From contig NW_026863809.1 in the NCBI RefSeq assembly GCF_026571515.1, positions 1 to 64,000 on the forward strand: a stretch of 64,000 nt of DNA, read 5' to 3'. Every line of letters starts with the position of its first letter. Position 1 is the stretch's first letter. Shown here in pieces: positions 29,601-41,398 of this stretch. The position numbers and the translations under genes were made by a program. The notes below the pieces were generated by a model. That model saw nothing but the letters and a program-made list of their open reading frames with translations, made no database searches and was not told where the DNA came from. This stretch comes from Ruditapes philippinarum (lineage: Eukaryota).

Positions 29601-32600
29601 AAAGTTTTGGATTACTTTATATTTCATTAAACGGGTTCAAAGAATAAGATATTGAAAATAAGAAATATTTAAGAGCCTGAATGAAATGCATTTGTGGGCA
29701 TGGGCGATTACTACACAAGCTCTCTACCGTAACGAAGTGCTTTTGTTTTTTACATAAGGTATCTAGTTATTTCTATTTAATTCTTCTTGAACACTGCGTG
29801 ATTTTTTTCTTGTTTGTTTGTTGTTTTTTTTAAACTATCGATGCAAAATGAAGATATATGAATGGCATATCCCAGTATAACTTTGCAATGCGAGGGGGCA
29901 AACCAATCCTGTTAATGTTTACAGGTGTTTGAAGATAAAGCAAATGTAATAAAAAGCAAAAATGAATGATAGAAATAATTTAGAGCATGTTAAATATGGT
30001 TCACGGCTTATGAGATCTGTTTTAGAATATAAAAAAAACAACAAAGATCAACAAGGAAGTGTTGCATTTAAACACGCATCTCACAATAACAAAGAAACAT
30101 ATGACCACCAGCATGGAGCCCAGCAGGACCCCAAACAAAAAGAGTATACAAGGGTCAACCACCGGGGAAGACTTAGTTGTCTATGCTAATATCATGTTAA
30201 CTTCTATTTTGATCATTTAATATTCATGTGTCAAGATGTTGATTTATATTAAATTTGCTTAATCCAACTTCCCATGAAAAATATTGGATAGTGTATAAAA
30301 CGTATCAATGTATGGTTTTGTTTTATCTGAAATGTATCCAAATGATAATGTAAAATTATAGATATTCTTTTTAGTAAATGTCTAAGTGGGAACGTTCCAG
30401 GTGCATAAGCTAAAAGATATAATGTATTGTCAATCCCATTCTACAGACTGATTAAAGCATATATTAAAACCATTGATTCCGATCTTGACAGCTAAAGCAC
30501 TAACAGTTTCAGCAATTGTTTTATTAAAACAGACAGATACATTGTTTTATCTTATGATTGCTCAGAATGAAAATAATTAATAATTTACACAAAAACCAAA
30601 ATGAAGTAATTTTGTAACTACTGTTGTATTAATATGTTGTTTGATAATGAACGTATACCTTTAAACAGTCTTTAACGTCATATCTCAGTTTATGTTTGAA
30701 AGTTAATAATAAAGGCTTAAAGATCAAAAATACGGTTCTATACAGGGCGAAACTACATGCACCACATTTGGGTAAAAATGAGGTATGGCTTTTTTTTTGC
30801 AGCGGACCTGATAAAAGGGTCGTTTCGTTAGGAAAACCAGTATTTCTAGAGCCTAACAAATAACCGGTTATTAAAACGTTTCTTTTCAGCCCGTGTAGTT
30901 TAACATTTTTTGCATGACTTTGTTAATAATTTACACATTTCTTTTATAGAAAGCAACGTAAATTATATTATAAGAGACCCTTTCGGTTTGGAAGAGGGGA
31001 AATGTTGAATGGCGGTAGTGTAATCAAAAACAGAGTCACTATGAATTTCTCTTGATCTTTTAATTTCTCATTGTTACCCTCTCCCAAGTGGGTTTCCCAC
31101 TACATGATACTCCTTTTACAGATTATCACTGACATAAAATAAATAAAGACATTTATAACTTAAGACAGCTGTGTGTCCCTCCATCTGCTTATTATAAGTA
31201 TATAGCTATCTCAGGATTGTTGCATTACATATTCACATTTACGACTTACTTGTAGCTCAAGAAAGAATATGATTTAAATAACCAATGCGTTTCTTGAGTA
31301 TCTTAATGTGTCTGAAGATAAAAAGAATAAACCCTTCATGCACATACATTTATAAAGGCAATATTCCTCTATATGTAGAAGCAAGTTTGAGACAGTTGAC
31401 ACAAATAACTGCTTTGTCTCTTGAATGTTTCCTAACAACTATTTTAACTCGTGAACTTTTTCTGAATTCTGCAACATTATATACATTAATGAACATGTTA
31501 GATGTTGAGGGGAGTAACGCATGTTATTTTATTAATTAATGTTCAGGCTTCATTGATAACATACCAAATTGTTTTTATTTATTTCTGTAGTAATGAAAAG
31601 TAAATTTGGTGTCATTCCTCAAGAGGTATATCTCTTTAGTACATAATTAGTTAAGTGTTTTATTAACAGACTACGAGTGACATATAGTAAATAAGTGATA
31701 CTGCAAAAACATTTTTCATGTCATATGGTCGTTACATTTGTATAACTATCTCTATAATTTAACATCACATTTTACTTTTCAGATAGCTAAAAATTGATGA
31801 ACGCAGAGACAATGCTGCTTCAAACAACTATAAAAAAATATCGAGGATCGTTTTGCGTTTTTGCGTACACTGAGCGCCGCCCTTCCTTGTTGATCTTGTT
31901 TTTTCATATTTTATACGTTCCCCGCTACAATTTGTACAATTACGGAAGGAAAACACTTTGTTTTATTTCCAAAAGTTTTTAAGGTTTTGTTGCATTGAAA
32001 GAATTGTTGTAATTGACTGAATATTATGATTTACAATCTTGTACTAGAATTACTTGATTTCAAACTACAAGTTTATGTTTGTAATTCAAGTAAGCATTTT
32101 ACATATTCTTAAATATACTTATATGGTTTTTCCACAAAAACAAACAAAACAAAATGTAGAATACATGTCTAATGTGTCAGTTTATTCAGTTTAACTTATT
32201 AATAACAAAATTAAACTAAAAAAAGCAAAGCTGGAGAAAACATGAATGCCTTAGAATTTGACGTTCAAATTTGATTTGAGTCAGCCATACCATTGATATT
32301 ATCATTTTGTTATCATGCTGATATAAAATTTACAACAAATGCTATAATAATGAAATTAACAGAAAGAAATATGTTATCATATTATCAAACAAGAGGTTTG
32401 CAGATGTCATATTTTATATAAAAATGTTCTGTGCAATCATTTTAAAAAACTGTTTTGTACACAATAATGCATCATGTCCTTATCAAAGATATATTTGCAA
32501 AATTAAAAAATGAACCAAACCAATTTCATAATTTGAAATAATATGACAGGATGGAAGTGATCAAACATTTTGTTAAGCAACACTGCTTTTATTATGATGG

Positions 32601-32944
32601 TGAAAATCTAAACTATTTTTTTTAATTATACAAATCTATATAAAAATATAAATCAAACTCATTAAATTTGGTTTTACATTACTTTTTTGAACAATTTTGA
32701 ATTTTAGGACATTTAAAAACGACCATACATGAATCCATCAAAAAGTTATTTGATAAAAAATGCCAGGACATACTGTATTAAATTCTATATGAAATCAATT
32801 TTGAAACATAATCTTACCTAATGTACTTTAATTTTGGCGGTTCAACTTCATCAATTTTATCCTCATGTTTGTCTTCTTTTGTTTATCCTTTTTATGACTT
32901 CCTTTTCTACGAAAAGAAAATCGGTTCACAGAAATCTTATCCAT
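26420..32944 (-). CDS. NAXE: NAD(P)HX epimerase (YjeF_N / APOA1BP) paralogue A, 6 coding exons; 1-nt frameshift in exon 1 as assembled (286 aa if repaired)
   Basis: Exons 32818-32944, 29399-29507, 28731-28841, 27913-28090, 27424-27507, 26420-26670, all GT-AG with compatible phases from exon 2 on. Translation has [47 protein letters not shown] and HYLGGR, the NAXE family motifs. Confidence 0.9.
27424..27507 (-). CDS. NAXE: NAXE-A exon 5
   Basis: cag|GC...TCG G|gtatgt, 84 nt, (G)[27 protein letters not shown]. Confidence 0.93.
27913..28090 (-). CDS. NAXE: NAXE-A exon 4
   Basis: cag|GGA...GAT G|gtaatt, 178 nt, [17 protein letters not shown]...[11 protein letters not shown]. Confidence 0.92.
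28525..28585 (+). mobile_element. Helentron/HINE-like terminal fragment in NAXE-A intron 3
   Basis: GACGACGGAC microsatellite remnant, then hairpin AGCTCATCCTGAGC-TA-GCTCAGGTGAGCT and an A tract. Confidence 0.6.
28731..28841 (-). CDS. NAXE: NAXE-A exon 3
   Basis: aag|TGT...TTT|gtatgt, 111 nt, [37 protein letters not shown]. Confidence 0.93.
29399..29507 (-). CDS. NAXE: NAXE-A exon 2
   Basis: cag|T...AAT|gtgag, 109 nt, (S)[36 protein letters not shown]. Confidence 0.93.
32818..32944 (-). CDS. NAXE: NAXE-A coding exon 1 (127 nt, frameshifted)
   Basis: ATG at 32944 reads [21 protein letters not shown]; ends AG|gtaag. One nt shorter than the 128-nt paralogous exon, giving TAA at 32830-32828. 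Confidence 0.75.
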
Positions 32945-33179
32945 CTTTTTCTTTGATTGTTTGAAGCAAATTGTTTGTATCTAAAAGAGCTGTTTTTATT
33001 ATTAAAGTGATTTATTTAAGTAAAACAATTACAAAGAAACAAAGCCTACTGCATTTATAAAATTATTCATTTAAAACCTTGTTATATTTTGCACATAAAC
33101 AAGTTATATAAGAATTATATTAGTTATTACTCCTTATTTTTTACTCAATTCGTCGCAAACAATGACACTGCATGATTAA

Positions 33180-33314
33180 AGTAAAACCCAAGTATGGCTA
33201 CAGTAGATCACAAGACGAGAACTAATACCGCATACAAATGGCAAGCAGACAACGAACGTCACTTCACATATTTCCAATAACAATATTAGATGTCCTCCTT
33301 CACTTTCCAATATA
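33180..33314 (-). promoter_or_regulatory. Conserved upstream block of NAXE-A (candidate proximal promoter or 5' UTR)
   Basis: Aligns with 57766-57900 at a similar distance from the ATG; shares AACTAATACCGCAT, TTTCCAATAACA and CCTTCACTTTCCAATATA (two CCAAT). Confidence 0.45.
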
Positions 33315-34842
33315 AAACTATAGTAGTGGTATCTATCTCTGCTCATGATACGGTATTAAACAAGTTTGAAATAAAAAAATACACGGATGTTTTGTTGTTT
33401 GGATTACGATAATTTTGTCATATATATAAAACACCGTGTCAAAAACAGTTTACATTATCGTTTTTGATTAAAATCTTTTAGTCATACAAATAAAGTATTC
33501 CTATAAGTATTGAAAATCCAACTGTTTAGTAGCATAGAAAATACTTTTCTTGAGTAAATCATATTAATACGATACTTTTATCAGGTCAGTAAATTATGCT
33601 TAAGGCTATGAAATGCAATAACTTAGGTTGTGCTATTTGAGGAAATAAAATACAGTAATTTCAGATTAACACTCGTTAAGATGTTGTTCAAACGAGGTTG
33701 TCAAATTTTGACTTTATTGACTGTTGTAAGAACTAAATAACTCAGTATAAAACATTATGAAGAGAGGTGTTGTCTTACCAAGCAATATATGTTAATGATG
33801 AGAAGAAAATTATAGTAACTTTGCCAATCAGCAATGAACACTTCATAAAACAAGTATAGCCACTAGTTGAAAGGTATAATATATCAATCTTGCATACGGC
33901 CAACCAAGGGTGTAACGATATAGGTAGAACGTCATATTACTGATAATGAGCATAATAATATGCAAAAATTTAAGTTAAAGAATTAAAATGAGGGAATGTT
34001 TCCCATATATAAGGACACAGACCAGTAATGGTTGTGACCTAGTTGTTTACCGACAGTGTTCGTGTGCCTTAAAACGTTACGATTGGTGGCTAGTGTGGGC
34101 GGATGTAGACAACTGTCAGACCGGAGCTGCCGTACCCACATATTTCTCAGACAGGGTGTGCCTTACAAAGGAAGCGTATGATTGTTTTTACAAACGGTGA
34201 TTTAATACAAGTACGGAATCCACACACCAAGATGATTGAAATTTGTTTTGATTCACGGCTATCAACATGAATGTATAGTCACTGTAACATATAAAATGCA
34301 GACACAGTTACACTTTGTATAAAAATATACGTCGTAAATATATATGACTAAGAATGAATTTTCATAACTAAAACTTATAAGTTGTAGTTTACTTTAATGA
34401 ATTTTTTCTAAATATAACAACCAATTGTCGAGCAATCAAAGGTTGTACTTATATGAATCTTTGTATTTATCTATTTCGAGGCAATGAAATGCTGAGTCGT
34501 AGTATCGAGGAATAAACAATAGGTAAATATCGCTTAGTAATGATGAAAATGTCTGAAGTAGTTTTACCATCAATCAATTTATGTTTTCGTCATCAGACAA
34601 AGGCCAAAGGCAACAATTATTTGGTAAATATAATAATGTAGACATTGATATAATCATATCATATCAATTGTTTTTAACCAATCCATTTTCATTTATATTT
34701 TTAAAAATCTAGATTTAACAGTGTAGGTACTTCTTGATAAGGTCCATGCGGTTTTAAGTGTTCAGGATATATTAAACTATTTAAAGGTTTATGCAATATT
34801 TGCCCGTTACTACTTCATATAAAACCTTTAATTTCCAAAAAT

Positions 34843-34998
34843 NNNNNNNNNNNNNNNNNNNNNNNNNNNNNNNNNNNNNNNNNNNNNNNNNNNNNNNNNN
34901 NNNNNNNNNNNNNNNNNNNNNNNNNNNNNNNNNNNNNNNNNNNNNNNNNNNNNNNNNNNNNNNNNNNNNNNNNNNNNNNNNNNNNNNNNNNNNNNNNN
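34843..34998. other. Assembly gap
   Basis: Run of 156 N. Confidence 0.99.
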
Positions 34999-37900
34999 GC
35001 GCCAGCATAGTTTACTAGATCATTTGGTGCCGATAAAATCTTCATGCCACACTAGGGGATATACACCAGTAATGTAAAACGATCTAGTCGCCTCTAACGA
35101 TCAAGCGGTGTTGAACGGTGGATGCATCTCTGATGCCTCAATCCATAAGAAAACAACCTTTATCCTTGAAGATCGTTCATCACTACATTATTGTTGTGTG
35201 TGTGTTTTAGGGTATTTTAGTTCCTTATAGCGGAACTTTTCTTTTAAAACGTATTTATTCCTACTTAAATACTGTATAATCATCATAAGCATATGTCGCC
35301 TGCTTTTCAAATTTGTCTTTTTGACCCCTTGTCTGTGATATGCAGGCTTCGTAACGTCAGGTCCCGTTCAAATTCGATTTCATTTAGTTCTGCCTATTGT
35401 TTTCTCGTTAAGGACACACGCTTTCTTTTAAATAAGGACGATATGCCGCTTTTCATTGAATGACACTAACGTGACACATTAACATTTTCAATTTTGTCGT
35501 TTTGGCATTCCGTTTATCTCTATTTCCTAAGTAAATACTAAAAATGATCTTCGATCATTTTCATCTACCATAAAGCAGAAGAAATCGAAATTAACAGCAT
35601 TAACTATTGAACAAAATATATATAAACAAATAACATTCAATATATTTAAGGAACAAATAGCATTTAATCACATTGTCTGAAAAGACTAGTACGATTTCTA
35701 TTTGTAATTGTTTTCTTATCACATTGATTTATATTCTTTCTGTATATTTAGAATCTTTGTTACAAAAGTAATGTGTTTTATACTGAAGACAAAAGATCAT
35801 TCATTGATCAGTTTAAGATTAATTTGTAAAGAGCTATACGATTCTATGAGATCAGTTCAAGCTGGGGAAAAGAAAAACATAATTATTGTAATTTTGAAAC
35901 GAGGGTTGATTAGAAAATAAATTGAGTTGTCCTGTAAAAACGTAATTTCAATTAACATTGGAAATTAAATACAATACATTTCGATATCTGATACATATCT
36001 TCCGCCACTTCTTTTTAGAATAATATTGAACATATCAGAGCTAAAATAATTTAACAAAATAATCATAAAACAAAAACGCAGAAAAGCCAGATCTACTTGA
36101 CATCACCTTGGGACGCGTTGATAACCATGGCATAAAGCGTTAAGGTACATAGTCCTTACATTACCCCCACCAAGAAATTTCCTATGAGCTTTCACACAGC
36201 ATACACAGGGTATCATGCTGTATGTTGTAAACATTTCTATGAGTGATCTCCTTAGCTGTTACAAAATAAATGATAGTAAGACGACAGTCTTCTCCGATGT
36301 ACTTCTTCATTGACATCTTAAACGTATTGAATGTCGGTCGGGACACTTATTTTCAAACACGATTTTTCCTTCTCTTCCAATTAAACCATTTGAACAAAGT
36401 TATCTCCATCATCTTTTAGAAAATTGTCAAACGTCTATGTTGTCAGATTTCCTTAACAGACGCAACACGCCAGCGCGTTCGCATTTCCTGCCTTCCCGGC
36501 AGTTTCACTCCATCTTTCAATGTTTCGTAGTACTAATAGTTTTCGATGACATCGAATGAAGCAGCGTCATAAAAGGGCATTAGTAACCTGCCCATAAATA
36601 TTTGTACCTTGTAGTCATTTTCAATTTGGTGCTGAGGAAAGCTAGATAATTATAATCTTTACGGAAAACATTTTAGTACATAGTATTTTAAACAATTAAG
36701 TCAATGAAACAAATAAATAAAACATTGTCATTAAACAATAAGCTTGTATAAATCAGGTATATTATTCAAAATATTAAAGTTTATATTTTCGTTTATTTCT
36801 TCAAGTTTCATTTTCAGAAAAGAAGATAAGACTTACTATATATATGTAAAATGACGATTGCTACTGTAAATTGTGCTGGAAAGTATACAACTCCTGCAGG
36901 CATTTATTCATCATGTCTAAATGTACTGTTATCATAAACATCTACGGTCGTCTACAACAAAACATTTTGTTAAATCATATATAAACAAATACGAGTCCAG
37001 ACTAAATTACATTTACATACAGGCTATAAATAATTGCTCTCAAACATTTTATTTATTATATTGCATCAAAAATCAAATGTAGAAAATGGCACGAGTCAGG
37101 TATATATCGTTTCTCAACAAAGATCCATTTCATTTTTTGTTTTGTTTAATATTTTACAGTTTTTTACAGTTACAGTCCATTCAATGTAAATCAAGCTTAA
37201 ATCACATTATTTTCGTGTGCATGAAAAAAAACAGTAACTTAAAAACTTACTTTTAAGTACGGATATTCAATTGACCCTTTCATGTTGAACAAAAGGTACA
37301 GCTTACATTTTTATACCATTTTTTAAATTTCTGTATGTTTAATACAGACTTTATGATAAATAATATGCATGGTATTTTTTTTTAAGATTTGTACTAAATG
37401 ATTATTAAAGACCATTAACTTAAGTCAAAAAGTCGAATTATTGTAGACTGATTGCCTTTGCTCAGGGCAGGAATGATCTTAAGAATTACTTATCATTATT
37501 AGATAGATTATTTATAATGTTAAAAATTTACAGATTTTAATATTGAAATTGAATGTAAAAAAAGTGTAATTGAAAATAGCCTCCGATAAAAGTCAACTAG
37601 TCTAAGACATAAAAATGCAATATAATATAAATACGATTAGGCAGTCAATATAACATAACATCGTTCTAAGCATAACAATCAATTATGATATTATTATCTT
37701 GCTATGGGGAATAAAAAACATAAGATAACATCTCAATTCACCTTAAGCCTTATACCATATAACGTTGCTGATGTAATGTTTATATAATTGAATACGGACT
37801 GTCTGTTAGCCTGGAGAAGTTATGTCCTAATAAATAGCACGGAATTGTCAAATAACATGAATAATGTTAGGGGCAAATCGACTAACAGAATTTAATATCT

Positions 37901-39345
37901 CACTATGAAAATGTACAGAGAAAAAAATCTTTGAAACCTTAATATCGTGTATTTATGACGAAACGAGTCGTTAATTGAATAGTATCATATACATGTATTA
38001 TTTAATATTGTAGCGATTTCGACAATCGTATGTAATAATTTGCAAGCTAACGCGTGCAGCATGATATATTTATTTACCTTTAAATTTTACTTTGTTTTAC
38101 TTTTACAAATAATCACACAGATTATTATCCTATATGACAATTCTTAATTTAGAATTATTTAATTTTATTTGTAGTCTTTATAACTAAATTATATTTAAAA
38201 CCTAAATATTTAAAACCTAAACATGTGGTTTAATGATAACATTTTATTAATATAGTGTGTTTTGACAATAAAAATTAAATAGTTGTATTGACAGTGAATT
38301 TAGTTGATATATAAAGAGCTAGGTTCACTAACCATGGATTTTTGCCCAAGATTTTGGCAAAAAATAATTTGATGAAAAGTTCTTGTTTTTAGGTTTTATT
38401 TATAAGTTCAATCCTTAAACTGTTTAAAAAATATGAATTTATAGACATATGTTTACATTTAGTATGATTTATGTTCTATGGAAATACCCCTATTTCCAGC
38501 AAAATTAGGAAAATTCACGTATTTTTGGTGTTTTAAACGAAAATTAAAGTATCAGCACAGTCCAGCCCCAACAAAATCATTACACCATTGTGTTGTAATG
38601 AATCAAAGGCTTCAACTATATCAATATAAAGTTGGGGCTTGCCTGTGCTCTATTCCAAAATAAGATTTTTATCTAATATCTAAACGTCATTTTCTGGCAT
38701 AAATTTCAGTAAATGCAAATCATGGAGCATGTATATTGCACTCAACATTATTATTTTTGTATTCTAAGTTGTTGAAATATGATTCATAACATAAATTTTA
38801 ATAAATTTTTGCAGAAAAATCATTTCTAGTAAATTAAAGGCACTTTTACTAAAATAAGTACGATTATGTTTTGGTACGAGTTCGACGGTTTCCACTGTAA
38901 CGGTTGTAAACAAAACTATGGCAAGTTAAAAGAATTATATGTAAACGCTTATAAATAAATGCTGAAATTCTACTTATGCCTTAAATATTCCATTCTTAGA
39001 ATTAGCAAGGTGTTGTTATGTAATTTTATTGATTCATTGAAAGAAGTTGTGCTGTTCAAGCTATTTTATTGCTGAATACTTGATCTGGGTCCGGTTCTTT
39101 CGCCCTCACAAAAAACAACAACAACAACAAAAACAACTGTGGTCGTTTAAACACAGTGATTAAGAGGTTTTTATGTCTTTTTAAAAGGTAGATAAGAAGA
39201 ATTCAATTTACTTTGTGAAAACAAAATTATTGCAAGTCTCAAAACAATTTAAAGATACTGTATGTAGAGTATTTAAACTTTATAATTCCACATCCTCTGC
39301 ATTGATGTAAAACTACTTGTTTAATGATGTCATTACATTTCGGAA

Positions 39346-39430
39346 TGGCATTAGCTCAGTGGTAGAATGGGAGCCTTTCACCCAGGAGAATTGAGTTCAA
39401 AACCTTGATCATGAACTCTTTTTTTTTTTC
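39346..39430 (+). repeat. Degenerate tRNA-derived fragment (SINE head or tRNA pseudogene)
   Basis: A box TAGCTCAGTGGTA, B-box-like GAGTTCAAAACC, then a T run; no intact cloverleaf. Confidence 0.55.
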
Positions 39431-40251
39431 GTTTTAATAATTAATAAAATAGATAGTGCTTTTCCAGTAAATAATATGTTATTTCATTAATGTATTTATT
39501 CCTTCAGATTTTAAGCATTTTAAGTCAGTGCTATTTCATAGTTATTAAGATATTAAAGATTTGTTTGACATTTAATTGCTTAGATAAAAGTTCAACAAGA
39601 AGTTTTAAATCTTATTAATTTAGTATTATTCTCATTAAAAAATATTCACAAGAAATTGCCAGAGCAGAAAATATGTTAGGAGTCAACGGACGAAAAGTCT
39701 TCAGTACACTTTCCCAGGATGAGAAAAAAGCATGGTATTAAGCTCTAGCTGTTTCCAAGAAAGTCTTGACTTGTCCTTTTTCACAATTCAAAAGGATCCT
39801 TTTATTTTGTGCACGAAATTGCAGAGCATACATGTAAGCAGCCATAACTACATAAATTGGATTATCTACACGAATGACAGCATTGATGTGTAATTACTGC
39901 CTTTCTTATGGCTGGTGCACATGTAGTTAGAATGTGTTCCGATGTCTCCACCGTAACATGGTACCTCGCATATGGACACCATGAGGAGTGTTGAGACTCA
40001 GTCAGGAGTGAGAAATTGGTCTGATAATTTTGCTGATCATGTAGCGGTATTTTGAAATTGATAGCCATTCAATACAGTGTGAAAGAGAATCGTTAAAAGG
40101 AACAGTAATAGAGACAATGCTAAATTAAATTTTTGATTGTGTTTAATTTACAATCATTATGTAGATATAAGGGCATATTGGAATAATATAAACCAAATCT
40201 TACTTAGAGTTGTTTTATGTCACATAAATTATGAATACATGTAAATAAATG

Positions 40252-40942
40252 TTTTATGCCCTCGAAGGATGGCATATTAAAATCGAACTGTCCGTCTGTC
40301 AGTCTGTCATTCCGTCAGTCATTCAGGCTTTATACATATAGACAGTGGTGGTCATATCCGCTCTGATTCAGTATGCATGAAAGGATTTTAATTTTTCTTT
40401 CATACATGAAATAACCATAGATGCATGGTGTGTCGCTAACAAGACTGGTTTCTATGACTTAGGTCCAGGTAATTGTGGGGGTTCAAACTTTGTCAATTTT
40501 GATATTAATATACATATAGGCAGAGATGGTCGTGTCTGCTCTGAAAATAATATGCATGAAAGGATTATATTTTTTTATTTCACATACGAAATTATCATAA
40601 ATGTATGATGTGTTGCCCTAAAGACCCGTGTTCCTACGTCACTGCTGGCGTTTAAACTTTAACAATATTTATGTTATATACATATAAATGGTGGTTGTTG
40701 TGTCCGCTCTGTAACTTCCATATACATGAAAGTTTCAATTTTTATTTAAAAATATAAAGTCACCATAGATGGACAATGTGTTGTGAACAAGACCTAGGTT
40801 TCTTTGTATAACTTATACAATGTAGTTCACTGCTGGGGTTCGAACTTTGTCAATTTTTACCACCACACTTAACATGTAATAGTTGGTTTAGAACTAAGAA
40901 TCCTTTGGGGGCATTTGTCACGTTTTGTGACAGCTCTTGTTT
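40252..40942 (+). mobile_element. Helentron-associated (Pearl/HINE-type) element with three internal ~170-bp repeats
   Basis: T-rich start, subterminal ATGCCC / GGGCAT, (GTCH)n microsatellite at ~40290-40325, three tandem units starting TATACATATA (~40331, 40509, 40677), terminal hairpin TGTCAC-GTTTT-GTGACA then GCTCTTGTTT. Confidence 0.8.
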
Positions 40943-41302
40943 TTTCTCAGTTCTCATATCGTCATGGATCATTACAATACAATTGTAATAAAAGTCTGAT
41001 TTCCATAATTATAAATAACACAAATCGTTTTCTGGATTTGGCTGTATCATAATTTATAAAAGAAAATAGTATCGAATTTGCAGTTCAGTATCAAATATTA
41101 CGTATACTCCGAAAGAGCATGCAGTCAAACATTATTTTTACTTGACAAAAAAATTCTAACGTACTTTTATTTAGGCGGACTTTTACACTATACATTGGAA
41201 TAAGTCAACAACTCCTAGTATTTACATAGTATTTGCTTACATGTATATAGTTACTCAGTGTAAGTTTAGTTAGGTTAGACAGAAATACCTATCTGTTTTG
41301 TG

Positions 41303-41310
41303 TTATTATA

Positions 41311-41350
<40 letters not shown>

Positions 41351-41398
41351 TTATTATTATTATTATTATTATTATCATTATTATTATCAATATTATTA
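41303..41398. repeat. (AAT)n microsatellite directly followed by (ATT)n
   Basis: Seen directly; strand switch at ~41350. Confidence 0.95.

Noticed and set aside
32828-32900. Programmed -1 frameshift rescuing NAXE-A
   Set aside because: The best slippery-like site (T AAA AAG) meets GGA TAA in the -1 frame; no canonical X XXY YYZ lies between the lesion and the stop.
34536-34608. C/D snoRNA or hammerhead ribozyme
   Set aside because: ATGATGA and CTGA are only 6 nt apart with no terminal D box; minus-strand CTGATGA-C-GAAA has no stem II.
34781-35045. ORFs containing X runs
   Set aside because: Artefacts of the N gap.
39346-39430. Functional tRNA gene
   Set aside because: Acceptor and anticodon stems do not pair; only A/B boxes remain.
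40331-40860. CRISPR-like array
   Set aside because: Eukaryotic context; ~170-bp tandem units without unique spacers, inside a Helentron-type element.
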